The notes beneath the pieces were generated by a model. That model saw only the letters and a list, made by a program, of their open reading frames with translations, searched no databases and was not told where the DNA came from. A stretch of 63,270 bases of DNA, the filler included, from Licmophora abbreviata (Eukaryota), in assembly GCA_900291995.1 (NCBI GenBank). It is 14 parts of 14 records of this genome, joined end to end, with 100 filler letters (N's around TTAATTAATTAA, not from the genome) between each part and the next. Parts side by side here need not be neighbours in the genome. Positions count along the whole stretch, not along the records: positions 10,319 to 15,253 come from OLMU01001031.1; positions 15,354 to 18,086 come from OLMU01001033.1; positions 18,187 to 33,464 come from OLMU01001035.1; 11 more parts are not named here. One strand, 5' to 3'. The translations under genes and the position numbers were made by a program. Positions 10,872-22,363 of the stretch are shown here, in pieces. Each line of letters begins with the position of its first letter. Positions within the stretch are counted from its first letter, which is position 1.

Positions 10872-11588
10872 ATGCGCCCCTCGGGTAGAGATTTAAGTGA
10901 AATGCGCCCCGTTTCAATCGAAACGGATGTCACGAAACATGCCGAGGGGTCGTGCATGATCCGTGTCGGGGACACGCATGTGCTGTGCACTGCCAGTCTT
11001 GAAGAGCGCGTGCCCCCCTTCATGAAGGGCACCGGGCTTGGCTGGGTCACGGCGGAATACGGGATGCTGCCGCGCTCGACCTCGTCGCGGATGCGCCGAG
11101 AAGCGACTGCGGGAAAGCAAGGCGGGCGCACCGTCGAGATCCAGAGGCTGATCGGCCGGTCGTTGCGGGCGGGTGTCGATCGGGTGGCTTTGGGTGAGCG
11201 TCAGATCACGGTGGATTGCGATGTGATCCAGGCGGATGGCGGCACACGCTGTGCAGCGATCACCGGCGGTTGGATCGCGCTGCGGCTTGCGGTCAACAAG
11301 TTGATGAAGGCGGGCGACGTCATCAGCGATCCGCTGGTCGATCCCGTGGCGGCGGTCAGTTGTGGGATATATGCCGGTCAGCCGGTGCTTGATCTGGATT
11401 ATCCCGAGGATAGCGAAGCAGGCGTCGACGGGAATTTCATCATGACCGGGAGCAAACGGCTGATCGAGGTGCAGATGAGCGCCGAGGGGTCGACCTATAG
11501 CCGAGAGCAGATGAATCAGCTGATGGATCTGGCGGAAAAAGGCGTGACCGAGTTGGTTGCGGCGCAAAAGGCGGCGGTGAATGCGTAA
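10872..11588 (+). CDS. rph: Ribonuclease PH
   Basis: [43 protein letters not shown]. Confidence 0.97.
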   Translation: MRPSGRDLSEMRPVSIETDVTKHAEGSCMIRVGDTHVLCTASLEERVPPFMKGTGLGWVTAEYGMLPRSTSSRMRREATAGKQGGRTVEIQRLIGRSLRAGVDRVALGERQITVDCDVIQADGGTRCAAITGGWIALRLAVNKLMKAGDVISDPLVDPVAAVSCGIYAGQPVLDLDYPEDSEAGVDGNFIMTGSKRLIEVQMSAEGSTYSREQMNQLMDLAEKGVTELVAAQKAAVNA

Positions 11589-12189
11589 ATTCACGGGCGA
11601 TACCCTGCTGGTTGCGACCCATAACTCTGGCAAGCTGGAAGAAATCGCCAGCCTGCTGGAGCCTTTTGGCGTCAAGGTGGTGGGTGCCGCGGAAAAGGGA
11701 TTGGCCGAACCGGACGAAACAGAGACGAGTTTCGTGGGCAATGCGCGGATCAAGGCCCATGCGGCGGCCAAGGCTACGGGTCTGCCTGCGCTGTCGGACG
11801 ATTCGGGGATCGAGGTGGATGCGCTGGATGGCGCACCGGGCGTGTTTACGGCGAATTGGGCCGAGACAGAGACGGGTCGCGATTTCATCATGGCAATGGG
11901 CAAGACGCATGACCGGCTGGTGGAAAGCGGTGCGCCGCAACCCTGGACGGCGCGGTTTTGCTGCACTTTGGTGCTTGCGTGGCCCGATGGACATGACGAG
12001 GTGTTCCCCGGAACGGTCGAGGGGCGGATCGTCTGGCCGATGCGGGGGCATGAGGGGCACGGATACGATCCGATCTTTCAGCCTGACGGGTATGAGCAGA
12101 CATTCGGCGAGATGGACCGCTGGGAAAAGAACCGGATCAGCCACCGGGCCGATGCCTTTGCCAAGCTGGTAAAGGGCTGTTTTGGCTGA
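11581..12189 (+). CDS. rdgB: dITP/XTP pyrophosphatase
   Basis: [29 protein letters not shown]. Confidence 0.95.
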   Translation: MRKFTGDTLLVATHNSGKLEEIASLLEPFGVKVVGAAEKGLAEPDETETSFVGNARIKAHAAAKATGLPALSDDSGIEVDALDGAPGVFTANWAETETGRDFIMAMGKTHDRLVESGAPQPWTARFCCTLVLAWPDGHDEVFPGTVEGRIVWPMRGHEGHGYDPIFQPDGYEQTFGEMDRWEKNRISHRADAFAKLVKGCFG

Positions 12190-13339
12190 GGATTGGCAAC
12201 AGGGGGGTTTTGGCCTCTACCTGCATTGGCCGTTTTGCGAGGCCAAATGCCCGTATTGCGATTTCAACAGCCATGTGAGCCGCGAAATCGACCAATCCCG
12301 CTGGCTTAGAGCCTATTTGCAAGAGATTGACCGTTATGCCAGGATGCTGCCGGGACGCGTTTTGAACTCGGTTTTCTTTGGTGGCGGTACGCCCAGCCTG
12401 ATGGATCCGGGCGTGGTGGCTGCCATTCTAGAGCGTGTGCGGCGAAGCTGGCCACAGGCGAATGACCTTGAGGTGACGCTGGAGGCAAATCCGGGATCGG
12501 TGGAGGCGGGACGGTTTCGGGGATATGCGGAAGCCGGTGTTTCGCGGGTGTCGATGGGCATTCAGGCGCTGAACGACGCGGATTTGCGGCGACTTGGACG
12601 GATACATAGTTTGGCCGAGGCACGTCAAGCCTATGATATTGCAAGGAAAAACTTTGATCGCGTCAGTTTTGACCTGATTTACGCGCGACAGGATCAAACG
12701 GTTGCGTCATGGCAAGCCGAGCTGCGCGAGGCGTTGGAGATGGCGGTGGATCATTTGTCGCTTTATCAGCTGACGATCGAGCAGGGCACTGCCTTTGCGG
12801 ATCGCTATGCGCGGGGTGGGTTGAAGGGGTTGCCGGCCGAGGATGCCGCTGCGGATATGTATGAGGCGACGCAAGAGATTTGCGCGGGCGCGGGCATGGA
12901 CGCCTATGAAGTCTCGAACCATGCGAAACCGGGCGCTGAGTCGCGGCATAACCTGATTTACTGGCGCTATGGGGATTATGTGGGCATCGGACCGGGAGCG
13001 CATGGGCGCGTGACACTGGAAGGTCAGCGACATGCGACCGAAGCATGGTCGAACCCCGATCGGTGGCTAAGCGCGGTGGATGCAGGGCAATCCGAGAAGC
13101 AGTGCGAGGCGATTGATCCCAAAGATCAGGCGGCGGAATACCTCATGATGGGGTTGCGCATTCGCGAAGGTATAGATGTTGTGCGGTACGAGGCGATGGC
13201 AGGCGAGGCTCTGTCAGAGGAAAAGTTGATCGAGTTGCGAAATCTTGGGATGATCGAGAGCAACGGACAGCGCCAATGGGTCACCGAGCAGGGCAGGCCC
13301 GTGCTGAACGCGGTTTTGCGGGACTTGCTGGTGGATTGA
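12182..13339 (+). CDS. hemW: Radical SAM heme chaperone HemW
   Basis: [36 protein letters not shown]. Confidence 0.93.
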   Translation: MAEDWQQGGFGLYLHWPFCEAKCPYCDFNSHVSREIDQSRWLRAYLQEIDRYARMLPGRVLNSVFFGGGTPSLMDPGVVAAILERVRRSWPQANDLEVTLEANPGSVEAGRFRGYAEAGVSRVSMGIQALNDADLRRLGRIHSLAEARQAYDIARKNFDRVSFDLIYARQDQTVASWQAELREALEMAVDHLSLYQLTIEQGTAFADRYARGGLKGLPAEDAAADMYEATQEICAGAGMDAYEVSNHAKPGAESRHNLIYWRYGDYVGIGPGAHGRVTLEGQRHATEAWSNPDRWLSAVDAGQSEKQCEAIDPKDQAAEYLMMGLRIREGIDVVRYEAMAGEALSEEKLIELRNLGMIESNGQRQWVTEQGRPVLNAVLRDLLVD

Positions 13340-13345
13340 GAGCGG

Positions 13346-14254
13346 TTAGTCGCCGGTGCTCAGCATTCGGCACAGGGTGTCGAGCTGATCGAGGGTTTCG
13401 TAGGTGACGGTCAGCTGGCCCTTTTCTTGCCCCGGCTTGTGATCCAACCGGACAGTCATGCCCAGATTGGCCGACAGATCACCCTCGAGCGCCTTGGTAT
13501 CGGCGTCTTTTTCCACTGATTTGGACGGCTTCTTCTTTTTACCGGGATCTGCAAAGATGTTGCTGATGGTTTTCTTGACCAGCGCCTCGGTTTCGCGAAC
13601 AGAAAGACCTTTCTTGATGACCTCGCGCGCCAGGGCCGCGGAATCTTCGGCGGTTATGAGGGCGCGGGCATGGCCCGCACTCAGGCGACCATCGCGGAGA
13701 TAGGTCTGAACCTCTTCGGGCAGGGTCAGGAGACGCACCGAATTGGCGATGTAACTGCGGCTTTTGCCCAGAACCTCGGACAGTTTTTCCTGCGTATGGC
13801 CGAATTTGTCCATAAGCTGACTGTAACCGGCGGCCTCTTCCACGGGGTTCAAATCGGCGCGCTGGATGTTTTCAATGATGGCGATTTCCAGCACTTCGGT
13901 ATCGTTGAAGTCGCGCACCAGAACAGGGATCTGATGCAGCTTGGCCATTTGTGCCGCGCGCCAGCGGCGTTCACCCGCGACAATCTCGAACGCGGTATCG
14001 TCTCCGGGCACGGGACGCACGATCAGGGGCTGGATGATGCCCTTTTCCTTGATGGACGCGGCCAGATCGTCGAGCTTGTCCTTGTCGAAGCTGCGGCGCG
14101 GCTGATCGGGGTTGGGGCGGATTTTCTCAATCGGAACAGTGCGATCCGCCGGCTTCGGAGCTTCAGAAGTGGTTGCTTTGTCTTCGTTCACGTCGGCCAT
14201 GAGCGCGGACAGGCCACGGCCCAAGCCGCGCTGTTTGGTTTTCTTGTCAGTCAT
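13346..14254 (-). CDS. parB: Chromosome partitioning protein ParB
   Basis: GLGRGLSAL, NPDQPR, IVAGERRWRAA, ENIQRADLNPVEEA, GHARAL. Confidence 0.96.
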   Translation of the reverse strand: MTDKKTKQRGLGRGLSALMADVNEDKATTSEAPKPADRTVPIEKIRPNPDQPRRSFDKDKLDDLAASIKEKGIIQPLIVRPVPGDDTAFEIVAGERRWRAAQMAKLHQIPVLVRDFNDTEVLEIAIIENIQRADLNPVEEAAGYSQLMDKFGHTQEKLSEVLGKSRSYIANSVRLLTLPEEVQTYLRDGRLSAGHARALITAEDSAALAREVIKKGLSVRETEALVKKTISNIFADPGKKKKPSKSVEKDADTKALEGDLSANLGMTVRLDHKPGQEKGQLTVTYETLDQLDTLCRMLSTGD

Positions 14255-14269
14255 CCGAAGCTCCTGTGA

Positions 14270-15079
14270 TTACGCAGCGGCGCGCGTCTGATTGGACATC
14301 AATTCCCGCGCCAGATCGCGGTAAGCCTGCGCCCCCTTGGATGCCGAATCATAGTGCAGAACCGGCACCGCATAGGAGGGCGCCTCGCTGACGCGGACAT
14401 TGCGGGGGATGCGCGTCTGGAACACCAGGGCGCCAAGGTTGTCGCGGGCATCCTGCTCGACCTGCGAAGACAGGTTGTTGCGGGCGTCGAACATCGTCAG
14501 TACGACGCCTTCGATGCGCAGATTGGGATTTGCGGTTTGGCGGACCTCGCGAATGGTCAGCATCAACTGTGACAGGCCTTCGAGCGCGAAAAACTCGCTT
14601 TGAAGTGGCACCAGCACCGAATGGGCGGCAACCATCGCGTTGACCGTCAAAAGGTTGAGCGACGGGGGGCAATCGATCAGGATGTAATCAATGGCGTAGT
14701 CGTCCATTGCCGTCTGGCGAAGGGCGTCATGCAAAAGGAAGCTGCGCTTTTCGGTTGCGATCAGCTCCATATCCGCCGAGCTGAGATCGACGGTAGCGGG
14801 TACGATCAACAAGTTTTCAAAGGCGGTTTCCTGCACGACCTCGGTAAGGTCAATTTCTTCGAGAAGAAGCTCGTAGGTGGTAAGTTCACGGTCCGACGCG
14901 TCGATTCCAAGGCCGGTCGAGGCGTTTCCCTGCGGGTCGAGGTCGATGATCAGGACTTTTTGCCCGGCTTCGGCCAGTGCGGCGCCCAGATTTATCGTTG
15001 TCGTGGTCTTTCCAACGCCGCCTTTCTGGTTTGCAACGGCAATGATCTTGGGTCCGCTAGGGCGGGTCGGATCAGACAC
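14270..15079 (-). CDS. parA: Chromosome partitioning ATPase ParA
   Basis: ANQKGGVGKTT, DLDPQGNAS, IDCPPSL, IPRNVRVSEAPS. Confidence 0.96.
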   Translation of the reverse strand: MSDPTRPSGPKIIAVANQKGGVGKTTTTINLGAALAEAGQKVLIIDLDPQGNASTGLGIDASDRELTTYELLLEEIDLTEVVQETAFENLLIVPATVDLSSADMELIATEKRSFLLHDALRQTAMDDYAIDYILIDCPPSLNLLTVNAMVAAHSVLVPLQSEFFALEGLSQLMLTIREVRQTANPNLRIEGVVLTMFDARNNLSSQVEQDARDNLGALVFQTRIPRNVRVSEAPSYAVPVLHYDSASKGAQAYRDLARELMSNQTRAAA

Positions 15080-15253
15080 GGGCGACTCCTGTAATGGTCA
15101 TGATAACTGGGCCGGTTTCAGTTTTACTTTTAGCAAGCCGGTGCGAGAAGGTCCAAGCTGTTTGCGCGGCTTCGATCTCTTTTTGCCAGTTTTCGCCCTT
15201 TGGAAAGATCGCTGTCCCATCGGGGCGCATATGCCGTTCGGCAAAGCCAAGCA
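15072..15253 (-). CDS. rsmG: 16S rRNA m7G methyltransferase RsmG (GidB), 3' fragment only
   Basis: Manual translation LGFAERHMRPDGTAIFPKGENWQKEIEAA..ITGVARV*; lies between mnmG and parA. Confidence 0.85.
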
Positions 15254-15353
15254 NNNNNNNNNNNNNNNNNNNNNNNNNNNNNNNNNNNNNNNNNNNNTTA
15301 ATTAATTAANNNNNNNNNNNNNNNNNNNNNNNNNNNNNNNNNNNNNNNNNNNN

Positions 15354-16573
15354 CGAGTATAGCTGTCAGAGCGGCTGAAGAGCAGCGGATCACGGCCTTG
15401 CACCGCCAAGGCGGCGTTCAACCCGGCGACAAGACCCTGGGCCGCCGCCTCTTCATAGCCGGTGGTGCCGTTGATTTGACCGGCAAGATAAAGGCCAGGA
15501 ACGGATTTTACCGCGAGCGTGGCGTCAAGGGCGCGCGGATCGACGTAGTCGTATTCGATAGCATAGCCCGGCTGCACGATCACAGCATGTTCCAGCCCTG
15601 CGATCGAGCGGACATAGTCGTGCTGCACCTCTTCGGGGAGGGAGGTCGAGATGCCGTTGGGATAAATCAGATCGTCGGACAGGCTTTCGGGTTCGAGGAA
15701 GATCTGATGAGAGGTCTTGTCGGCGAAGCGTACGATCTTGTCTTCAATCGAGGGGCAGTAGCGCGGGCCGACGCCGTCGATATGACCACCATACATCGCG
15801 GATCGATCAAGGTTGTCGCGGATGATGGCGTGCGTTTTCTCGTTTGTGTGGGTGATCCCGCAAGAAATCTGGCGCGCAGTGGGCGCGTCCGAGAGAAACG
15901 AGAACAGCACGGGGTCATCATCGCCGGGCTGTTTTTCAAGACTGTCCCAGTCAATCGTCTTGCCATCGAGCCGCGGCGGCGTGCCGGTCTTGAGCCGCCC
16001 AAGCTTGAGCGCGAAACTGTCCAGCCGCTCGGCCAATTTGATCGAGGGCTTGTCGCCCATGCGCCCGCCGGGCCGGGACACGTCGCCGATATGGATGACG
16101 CCCCGCAAAAACGTGCCGGTTGTCAACACGACCGCGCCTGCGGAAATCTCGCTTCCATCGGCGAGAGCGATGCCGGTGACGCGCTCGCCCTTCATCAGGA
16201 AATCAGCGGCCTCACCTTCGATGATGCTGAGACCCGGTTGATTTTCAATCTCGGAGAGCATCGCCTCGCGATAGAGTTTGCGATCGGCCTGGGCGCGCGG
16301 GCCTTGGACGGCGGGGCCTTTGCGGCGATTGAGCAGGCGGAACTGTATGCCGGCCTTGTCGGCGACACGCCCCATGACGCCATCGAGCGCGTCGATCTCA
16401 CGGACCAGATGGCCTTTGCCAAGCCCGCCGATGGCCGGGTTGCAGGACATGACGCCGATACCTGACTTGTTCAGGGTCACAAGGGCTGTGCGCGCACCGA
16501 CGCGTGCTGCGGCGCATGCTGCGTCGCATCCGGCATGACCGCCGCCAATCACGATGACATCAAAATGTTTCAC
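15354..16573 (-). CDS. mnmG: tRNA modification enzyme MnmG (GidA), 3' part in gap
   Basis: [57 protein letters not shown] at 16573 with AGGAG 8 nt upstream. Confidence 0.97.
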
Positions 16574-16581
16574 GTGAAACA
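16566..16581. promoter_or_regulatory. parS: parS centromere site
   Basis: Perfect palindrome TGTTTCACGTGAAACA (canonical parS), overlapping the mnmG start. Confidence 0.93.
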
Positions 16582-16585
16582 CTCC

Positions 16586-17872
16586 TCATTTCCCAAGGCA
16601 AAAGCTTGCGAATATTTCGTCCAGGATGTTCTCGATATCGACGCGTCCTACCAGAGAATCAAGCGCACGGATAGCGGTTCGAATTTCCTCGGCAGTAATA
16701 TCTGCGGTGTCTTCGCCTTCGGGCAACAGGGCAAGCGCCGATTGCAGCGCCGCAAGGCCACGCTCCATCGCCTGTTTGTGGCGCAGCCGAGTGGCGAGGC
16801 CTGCCCCCGAGGCGCGGTTTGACAGGATCGCTGTAATCCGCGCGATAAGGTCGGACACGCCGAATCCGGTTTTGCCGGATATACCGTCAGCTGGGGTATC
16901 AGAAAGATCGGCCTTGGCTTGTAGCACGATATCGTCGGGTTCGGGGTTGAGATCGGGCGTATCGCCAGCCGTGACAAGAAACACCCTCAGGTCAGCCGCT
17001 TGCGCACGGGCAAGGGCGCGCTCGACCCCGATGGATTCGACGATATCATCGGTTTCGCGGATCCCGGCCGTGTCCAGAAGCGTGACGGGCAGACCGCCGA
17101 GATCCATACGGACTTCGATGACATCGCGGGTGGTGCCGGCAACTTCGGAGGTGATCGCGGCATCGCGGCCCGCAAGAGCATTGAGCAGGGTGGATTTGCC
17201 CACATTGGGCGCGCCGACAATCGCCACTTCGAACCCTGCGCGAATCCGTTCGGCTGTTGTCACGCCGGAGATTTCACGCTTGAGGTCATTGGTGACACTG
17301 GTCACCAGCTCTGTCACCTCGGGAGAGACATCGACAGGCACATCTTCGTCGGCGAAATCAATCGTCGCTTCCAGAAGTGCGGCGGCCCGGATCAATGATG
17401 TCCGCCAGGTTTCAGCCCGCTTTCCAAGATCGCCGGAGAGGACACGAAGCGCCTGTCGGCGTTGCGATTCGGTTTCGGCGTCGATCAGATCGGCAAGCCC
17501 TTCGACCTGAGCCAGATCGAGGCAGCCATTTTCGAGGGCGCGACGAGTGAATTCGCCGGGCTCGGCCGGGCGCAGATCATCGAGAGTGGACAGCGCGTCA
17601 AGGACGGCGGCGACAACGGCCGTGCTGCCATGAACATGAAACTCGACGACATCCTCGCCCGTGAAGCTGTGCCCCTGCGCGAAGGTCAGGACCAGCGCTT
17701 CATCAAGGCGCATGCCATCCGGGGCGCGCAGAATCCGCAAGCTGGCTTCGCGCGGAGAGGGCACAGCGCCCGCGAGTGCCTCCGCCGCGCCGAACGCCAG
17801 AGGCCCCGAAACCCGGATGATCGCAACACCGGCTTTGCCCTGCGCCGTCGACAAGGCGTAGATGGTATTCAT
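16586..17872 (-). CDS. mnmE: tRNA modification GTPase MnmE
   Basis: [33 protein letters not shown]-terminal FCLGK. Confidence 0.97.
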   Translation of the reverse strand: MNTIYALSTAQGKAGVAIIRVSGPLAFGAAEALAGAVPSPREASLRILRAPDGMRLDEALVLTFAQGHSFTGEDVVEFHVHGSTAVVAAVLDALSTLDDLRPAEPGEFTRRALENGCLDLAQVEGLADLIDAETESQRRQALRVLSGDLGKRAETWRTSLIRAAALLEATIDFADEDVPVDVSPEVTELVTSVTNDLKREISGVTTAERIRAGFEVAIVGAPNVGKSTLLNALAGRDAAITSEVAGTTRDVIEVRMDLGGLPVTLLDTAGIRETDDIVESIGVERALARAQAADLRVFLVTAGDTPDLNPEPDDIVLQAKADLSDTPADGISGKTGFGVSDLIARITAILSNRASGAGLATRLRHKQAMERGLAALQSALALLPEGEDTADITAEEIRTAIRALDSLVGRVDIENILDEIFASFCLGK

Positions 17873-17897
17873 CGCGTTGCCCCCAAGAAGGCCGGTA

Positions 17898-18086
17898 TCA
17901 GGTGTTCATCGAATCGAAGAACTCGGTATTAGTCTTGGTTTGCTTGAGCTTCGAGAGAAGGAATTCGATGGCGTCGGTGGTGCCCATCGGGTTCAGAATC
18001 CGACGCAGAACGAAGGTTTTCTGCAGATCGACCTTGTTGATCAGCAGATCCTCTTTCCGTGTACCGGATTTCAGGATGTCTATGGC
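17898..18086 (-). CDS. rho: Transcription termination factor Rho, 3' fragment only
   Basis: Manual translation [35 protein letters not shown]. Confidence 0.93.
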   Translation of the reverse strand, partial: AIDILKSGTRKEDLLINKVDLQKTFVLRRILNPMGTTDAIEFLLSKLKQTKTNTEFFDSMNT

Positions 18087-18186
18087 NNNNNNNNNNNNNN
18101 NNNNNNNNNNNNNNNNNNNNNNNNNNNNNNTTAATTAATTAANNNNNNNNNNNNNNNNNNNNNNNNNNNNNNNNNNNNNNNNNNNN

Positions 18187-18446
18187 AATTTGTGAATATT
18201 GCATTCAACGCCGATAAAGCATTTATTATCAAATACTTATGACAGAACAGGACAGAAGAATAACTTGAGGACAGATGGAGATCGACTTGGGTTATTCAGC
18301 GGACTGACTTATTCATATCCCCTGCGGATCAACTGAAGCCATTTCGCGCGAGATGACGGGACAATCCCCGAGTCTTCGTCGGGGATGGATTTCTCGCCGA
18401 TCAGTTCTTAAACCTTCGTTAAGATATCCAAGAGGTTGTCCACAAG
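18187..18446. promoter_or_regulatory. oriC: Probable chromosomal replication origin (oriC), partial
   Basis: AT-rich; IHF consensus TATCAAATACTTA 18227-18239; CtrA TTAA-N7-TTAA 18408-18422; DnaA-box-like TTGTCCACA 18436-18444 plus weaker boxes; between rho/mnmE and maf. Confidence 0.75.
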
Positions 18447-19043
18447 ATGACGGAAATCATCCTTGCGTCGGGATCCGAGATACGGCTGACCCTGCTGCGC
18501 AACGCCGGGGTTGAGGTGACGGCGATTCCTGCGCGCGTTGACGAGGATGCGTTGCGACGGGCAATGCAGGCAGATGCCGCGACGCCGAGGGATATCGCCG
18601 ATGCGCTGGCCGAGATGAAGGCGCAGAAGATCAGCGGCAAGCATCCACGATCCCTGGTGATCGGGTGCGATCAGGTTCTGAGTTTCGAAGGAGATATCCT
18701 GAGCAAACCGGACACGCCCGAGGACGCCCGCGGCCAACTGGCACGGATGCGCGGCAAGCGGCACGACTTGCTGTCTGCGGCAGTGATCTGCGAAGAGGGG
18801 CGGCCGATCTGGCGGCACGTGGGGGTGGTTCGCATGGTGATGCGGCCGGTGTCGGATGGCTATCTGGACGATTACGTGGCGCGCAACTGGGACAGTATCA
18901 GACATTCGGTCGGCGCTTATAAGCTGGAAGAGGAAGGCGTGAGGCTTTTCGCGCAGATACAGGGCGATTATTTCACGGTTCTTGGTTTGCCGCTGCTGGA
19001 GCTTTTGTCCTATTTGACGGTACGAGGAGATCTGGAAGGATGA
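18447..19043 (+). CDS. maf: Maf-family nucleotide pyrophosphatase
   Basis: IILASGS, VIGCDQV, SKP, VGAY, DYFTVLGLPL. Confidence 0.92.
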   Translation: MTEIILASGSEIRLTLLRNAGVEVTAIPARVDEDALRRAMQADAATPRDIADALAEMKAQKISGKHPRSLVIGCDQVLSFEGDILSKPDTPEDARGQLARMRGKRHDLLSAAVICEEGRPIWRHVGVVRMVMRPVSDGYLDDYVARNWDSIRHSVGAYKLEEEGVRLFAQIQGDYFTVLGLPLLELLSYLTVRGDLEG

Positions 19044-19873
19044 GTATGGATAAAATCCCTTTGGCGGGGGTGATCGGATCGCCGATCGCGCATTCCAAGT
19101 CACCGCAGCTGCACGGTCACTGGCTGAAGGTGAACGGGCTGAGGGGGCATTACATTCCGATGGATATCAGCCCCAACGATCTTGAGACCGTGTTGCGCAC
19201 GCTGCCGAAAATGGGGTTTGTTGGCCTGAACGTGACGGTGCCCCACAAGGAAAAGGTGATGGAGTTCGCCGATCTGGTGACGGATCGGGCAACCTTGATC
19301 GGTGCGGCAAATACGCTGATTTTCCGCAAGGATGGCCGGATTCATGCCGATAATACGGATGGCTATGGCTTTATCCAGAACCTGCGTGAGAATGCGCCAA
19401 ACTGGAACCCGAAAGCAGGGCCCGCCGCGGTTTTGGGGGCAGGTGGTGCTGCGCGGGCGGTGGTTGCGTCTTTGCTGGATGCGGGCGTGCCCGAAATCCT
19501 GATTTCCAACCGGACCCGGGTGCGCGCCGAAGCACTGAAAACCGATTTTGGCAAGCGGCTGACGGTGGTCGATTGGGTGCAGGCCGGTAACATGCTGGAA
19601 GACGCAGTAACAGTGGTGAACACCACATCGCTCGGTATGATCGGCAAGCCGCCCTTGCGGGTGCCGCTGGATGGGCTGCGCAAGGATGCGGTGGTGACGG
19701 ACCTTGTTTATGCGCCACTGAAAACACGTCTCCTGGCCGAGGCTGAAGAGGCCGGTTGCGTGGCGGTCGATGGGCTGGGCATGCTTTTGTATCAGGCGGT
19801 TCCGGGGTTCGAGCGCTGGTTCGGGGTGCGGCCCGTGGTGGATAGTGCGGCACGGGCAGCGGCCTTGCGATGA
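19040..19873 (+). CDS. aroE: Shikimate dehydrogenase
   Basis: HSKSPQLH, NVTVPHK, GAANT, DNTDG, LGAGGAARA, GLGMLLYQA. Confidence 0.96.
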   Translation: MSMDKIPLAGVIGSPIAHSKSPQLHGHWLKVNGLRGHYIPMDISPNDLETVLRTLPKMGFVGLNVTVPHKEKVMEFADLVTDRATLIGAANTLIFRKDGRIHADNTDGYGFIQNLRENAPNWNPKAGPAAVLGAGGAARAVVASLLDAGVPEILISNRTRVRAEALKTDFGKRLTVVDWVQAGNMLEDAVTVVNTTSLGMIGKPPLRVPLDGLRKDAVVTDLVYAPLKTRLLAEAEEAGCVAVDGLGMLLYQAVPGFERWFGVRPVVDSAARAAALR

Positions 19874-20463
19874 GCTTTGTTCTGGGTCTGACTGGGTCAA
19901 TCGGCATGGGTAAATCGACAACGGCTGCCATGTTTGCTGACGAAGGCTGCGACCTGTGGGATGCAGATGCGGCGGTGCACCGGCTTTATGCCAAGGGCGG
20001 CGCAGCGGTTGCGCCGATGCAAGACATCTTTCCGCAAGCGGTGGTGGATGGCGCGGTGTCGCGCGCGCGACTGAAAGAGATCATATCCGAAGATCCTGCT
20101 GCCTTGCGCCGGATCGAGGCGATTGTTCACCCCTTGGTCGCAGAGGATCGGGCCGGGTTCATCGCTGGCTCGACGGCGGATATCGTGGTTCTGGATATTC
20201 CGCTGTTGTTCGAGACAGGCAATGAAGCGCAGGTCGATGCCATTGCGTGTGTGATCGTCCCGCCAGAGGTTCAACGCGCCCGCGTGATGGAACGGGGCAC
20301 CATGACCCAAGCACAATTCGAAGCGATCCGGGACAAACAGATGCCGGCGGAGGAAAAATGCCGCCGGTCGGATTATGTCATCAGGACCGATACGCTTGAG
20401 GCTGCGCGCAAACAGGTTCAGGATGTGGTCAGCGACATCAGGAGCAAGCTGGCCAATGCGTGA
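19870..20463 (+). CDS. coaE: Dephospho-CoA kinase
   Basis: [28 protein letters not shown]. Confidence 0.95.
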   Translation: MSFVLGLTGSIGMGKSTTAAMFADEGCDLWDADAAVHRLYAKGGAAVAPMQDIFPQAVVDGAVSRARLKEIISEDPAALRRIEAIVHPLVAEDRAGFIAGSTADIVVLDIPLLFETGNEAQVDAIACVIVPPEVQRARVMERGTMTQAQFEAIRDKQMPAEEKCRRSDYVIRTDTLEAARKQVQDVVSDIRSKLANA

Positions 20464-21190
20464 GATCGTTCTAGACACGGAAACCACCGGCTTCGACCCC
20501 GAGCAAGGCGACAGGATCGTTGAGATCGGGGCGCTGGAGCTTTACAACCACATGCCCACGGGGCGGACCTTTCATCATTATATCAACCCTGGACGCGGAA
20601 TGCCGCAAGAGGCGTTCGAAGTGCATGGGATCGGTCCCGACCTTCTGGACGCACCACGCCCCCCGCGCCCCGGAGAGATCACGCTGAGGGACAAGCCGCC
20701 GTTCGACCATGTGGCGCATGCCTTCATCGAGTTCGTGGGGGATGCAAAGCTTGTGATCCACAACGCGGCGTTCGACATGAAGTTTCTGAATGCCGAGCTG
20801 GGTTGGTTGAAGCTACCGCTTTTGCCTTGGGAGCAGGCGATCGACACGCTGGCAATCGCGCGGCGGAAATTTCCCGGCTCGCCCGCGTCGCTTGATGCGT
20901 TGTGCCGGAGATTCGCGATCGACAACACCGCGCGGACATTGCATGGCGCGCTTCTGGATTCCGAAATTCTGGCGGAGGTCTATCTGGAGCTGATCGGCGG
21001 CCGCCAGCCGGATTTCGCACTGTCGGCGCATCCTGTGGCGCAATCGGGCAGTGCCGAGACCGATATCGGATGGCGGCCAAAGCCACGGCCACAGCCCTTG
21101 CCACCCCGCATCACCGAGACCGAGGCCGCCGCCCATGCGGATTTCATCGAAACCATGGGCGACGGGGCGCTTTGGAAAAAGCTGGGATAG
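20456..21190 (+). CDS. dnaQ: DNA polymerase III epsilon subunit
   Basis: [37 protein letters not shown]. Confidence 0.96.
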   Translation: MREIVLDTETTGFDPEQGDRIVEIGALELYNHMPTGRTFHHYINPGRGMPQEAFEVHGIGPDLLDAPRPPRPGEITLRDKPPFDHVAHAFIEFVGDAKLVIHNAAFDMKFLNAELGWLKLPLLPWEQAIDTLAIARRKFPGSPASLDALCRRFAIDNTARTLHGALLDSEILAEVYLELIGGRQPDFALSAHPVAQSGSAETDIGWRPKPRPQPLPPRITETEAAAHADFIETMGDGALWKKLG

Positions 21191-21196
21191 ACCCGA

Positions 21197-21703
21197 TCAG
21201 GCGTCAGGCGTGGCCTTTTCGGCGGACTGTGCTTGCTGCCGTCGGGCGATTTCGTTGCGATAGAGTTGGACGAAATCCATGTTTTCAAGGTTCAGCGGCG
21301 GGAAGCCACCGTCACGGGTGACATCGTTGACGATCCGGCGAATGAACGGGAACAGCATCCGGGGGCATTCGATCATCAGGAAGGGATGCATTTGCTCATC
21401 GGGCACGCCTTCGATGTGGAACACGCCGGCATATTCCATTTCCAGAACGAACAATGCCTCGTCGGTGGCCTTGTTCTTGGAGTCGATGCGCATCTTGATG
21501 ACGACTTCATACTGATGCTCGACCGAGCGTTTCTTGGCGTCAAGGCTGACACCTACCTGAACATCGGGGGTGACTTCACCGCCGGTGCCACGCTGCGACA
21601 GGACGTTCTCGAACGACAGGTCACGAATGAACTGGGTGAGGGTGTTCATCTTGACTTGAGGCTGTTGCGCCTGTGCGGCCGCCCCGTTTTCTTGTTCCGA
21701 CAT
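21197..21703 (-). CDS. secB: Protein-export chaperone SecB
   Basis: IRDLSFEN, IECPRMLFPFIR, DGGFPPLNL. Confidence 0.96.
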   Translation of the reverse strand: MSEQENGAAAQAQQPQVKMNTLTQFIRDLSFENVLSQRGTGGEVTPDVQVGVSLDAKKRSVEHQYEVVIKMRIDSKNKATDEALFVLEMEYAGVFHIEGVPDEQMHPFLMIECPRMLFPFIRRIVNDVTRDGGFPPLNLENMDFVQLYRNEIARRQQAQSAEKATPDA

Positions 21704-21774
21704 GTATCGACTCCACTGAAATGACGTTGGGCGAAGGATTAGCAGGAAGGGTTGGGGGCCTCAATCACAAGACG

Positions 21775-22254
21775 TCAATGCCGCGTGGTCCAGCCGGAGG
21801 GTTTGTGCGTGGGGCGCTTGGCGGGGTCGACTTCGTGATACTCGCCGTCGATGATGCCAGGATCATGCGGAGGGCGCGGCGCATCGCGCCCCATCTCGAA
21901 GCGGGCGACATGCACGCGTTTGCGAAGGTATGCCAGCACAGCAAGGCGCACGGGTGGCATCAGCAGGGCAAAGCCGACGGCATCGGTGAAAAAACCCGGT
22001 GTTAGCAACAAAGCGCCTGCGACGAGGATCATCGCACCATGAGCAAGGGGTTCTGTCGGATCGTCGAGCTCGGAAAACGAGCGGCGCAGATCGTTCATCG
22101 CCAATCGACCTTGGGTGCGCACAAGCCAAGCGCCCAGAACTGCCGTGAGGATGACGATGGCAAGCGTTGGCCAGAGACCGATCGCGCCGCCGACCTGTAT
22201 GAACAGGGCGATTTCGACAACCGGCACCGCAAGGAAGGCCAGAAACAGCCACAT
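21775..22254 (-). CDS. fxsA: FxsA-family membrane protein
   Basis: VPVVEIALFIQVGGAIG, LLLTPGFFTD, IIDGEY. Confidence 0.92.
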   Translation of the reverse strand: MWLFLAFLAVPVVEIALFIQVGGAIGLWPTLAIVILTAVLGAWLVRTQGRLAMNDLRRSFSELDDPTEPLAHGAMILVAGALLLTPGFFTDAVGFALLMPPVRLAVLAYLRKRVHVARFEMGRDAPRPPHDPGIIDGEYHEVDPAKRPTHKPSGWTTRH

Positions 22255-22363
22255 GGTCGCAACTCCTATGTCTAATTTGCTTGCAAGGTGGACTTGCTTG
22301 CCCGCGTCACCTACATAAGTTCGGATGCTGAACGTTTCCATGCCTGCTTGACATGAGGTGCCA

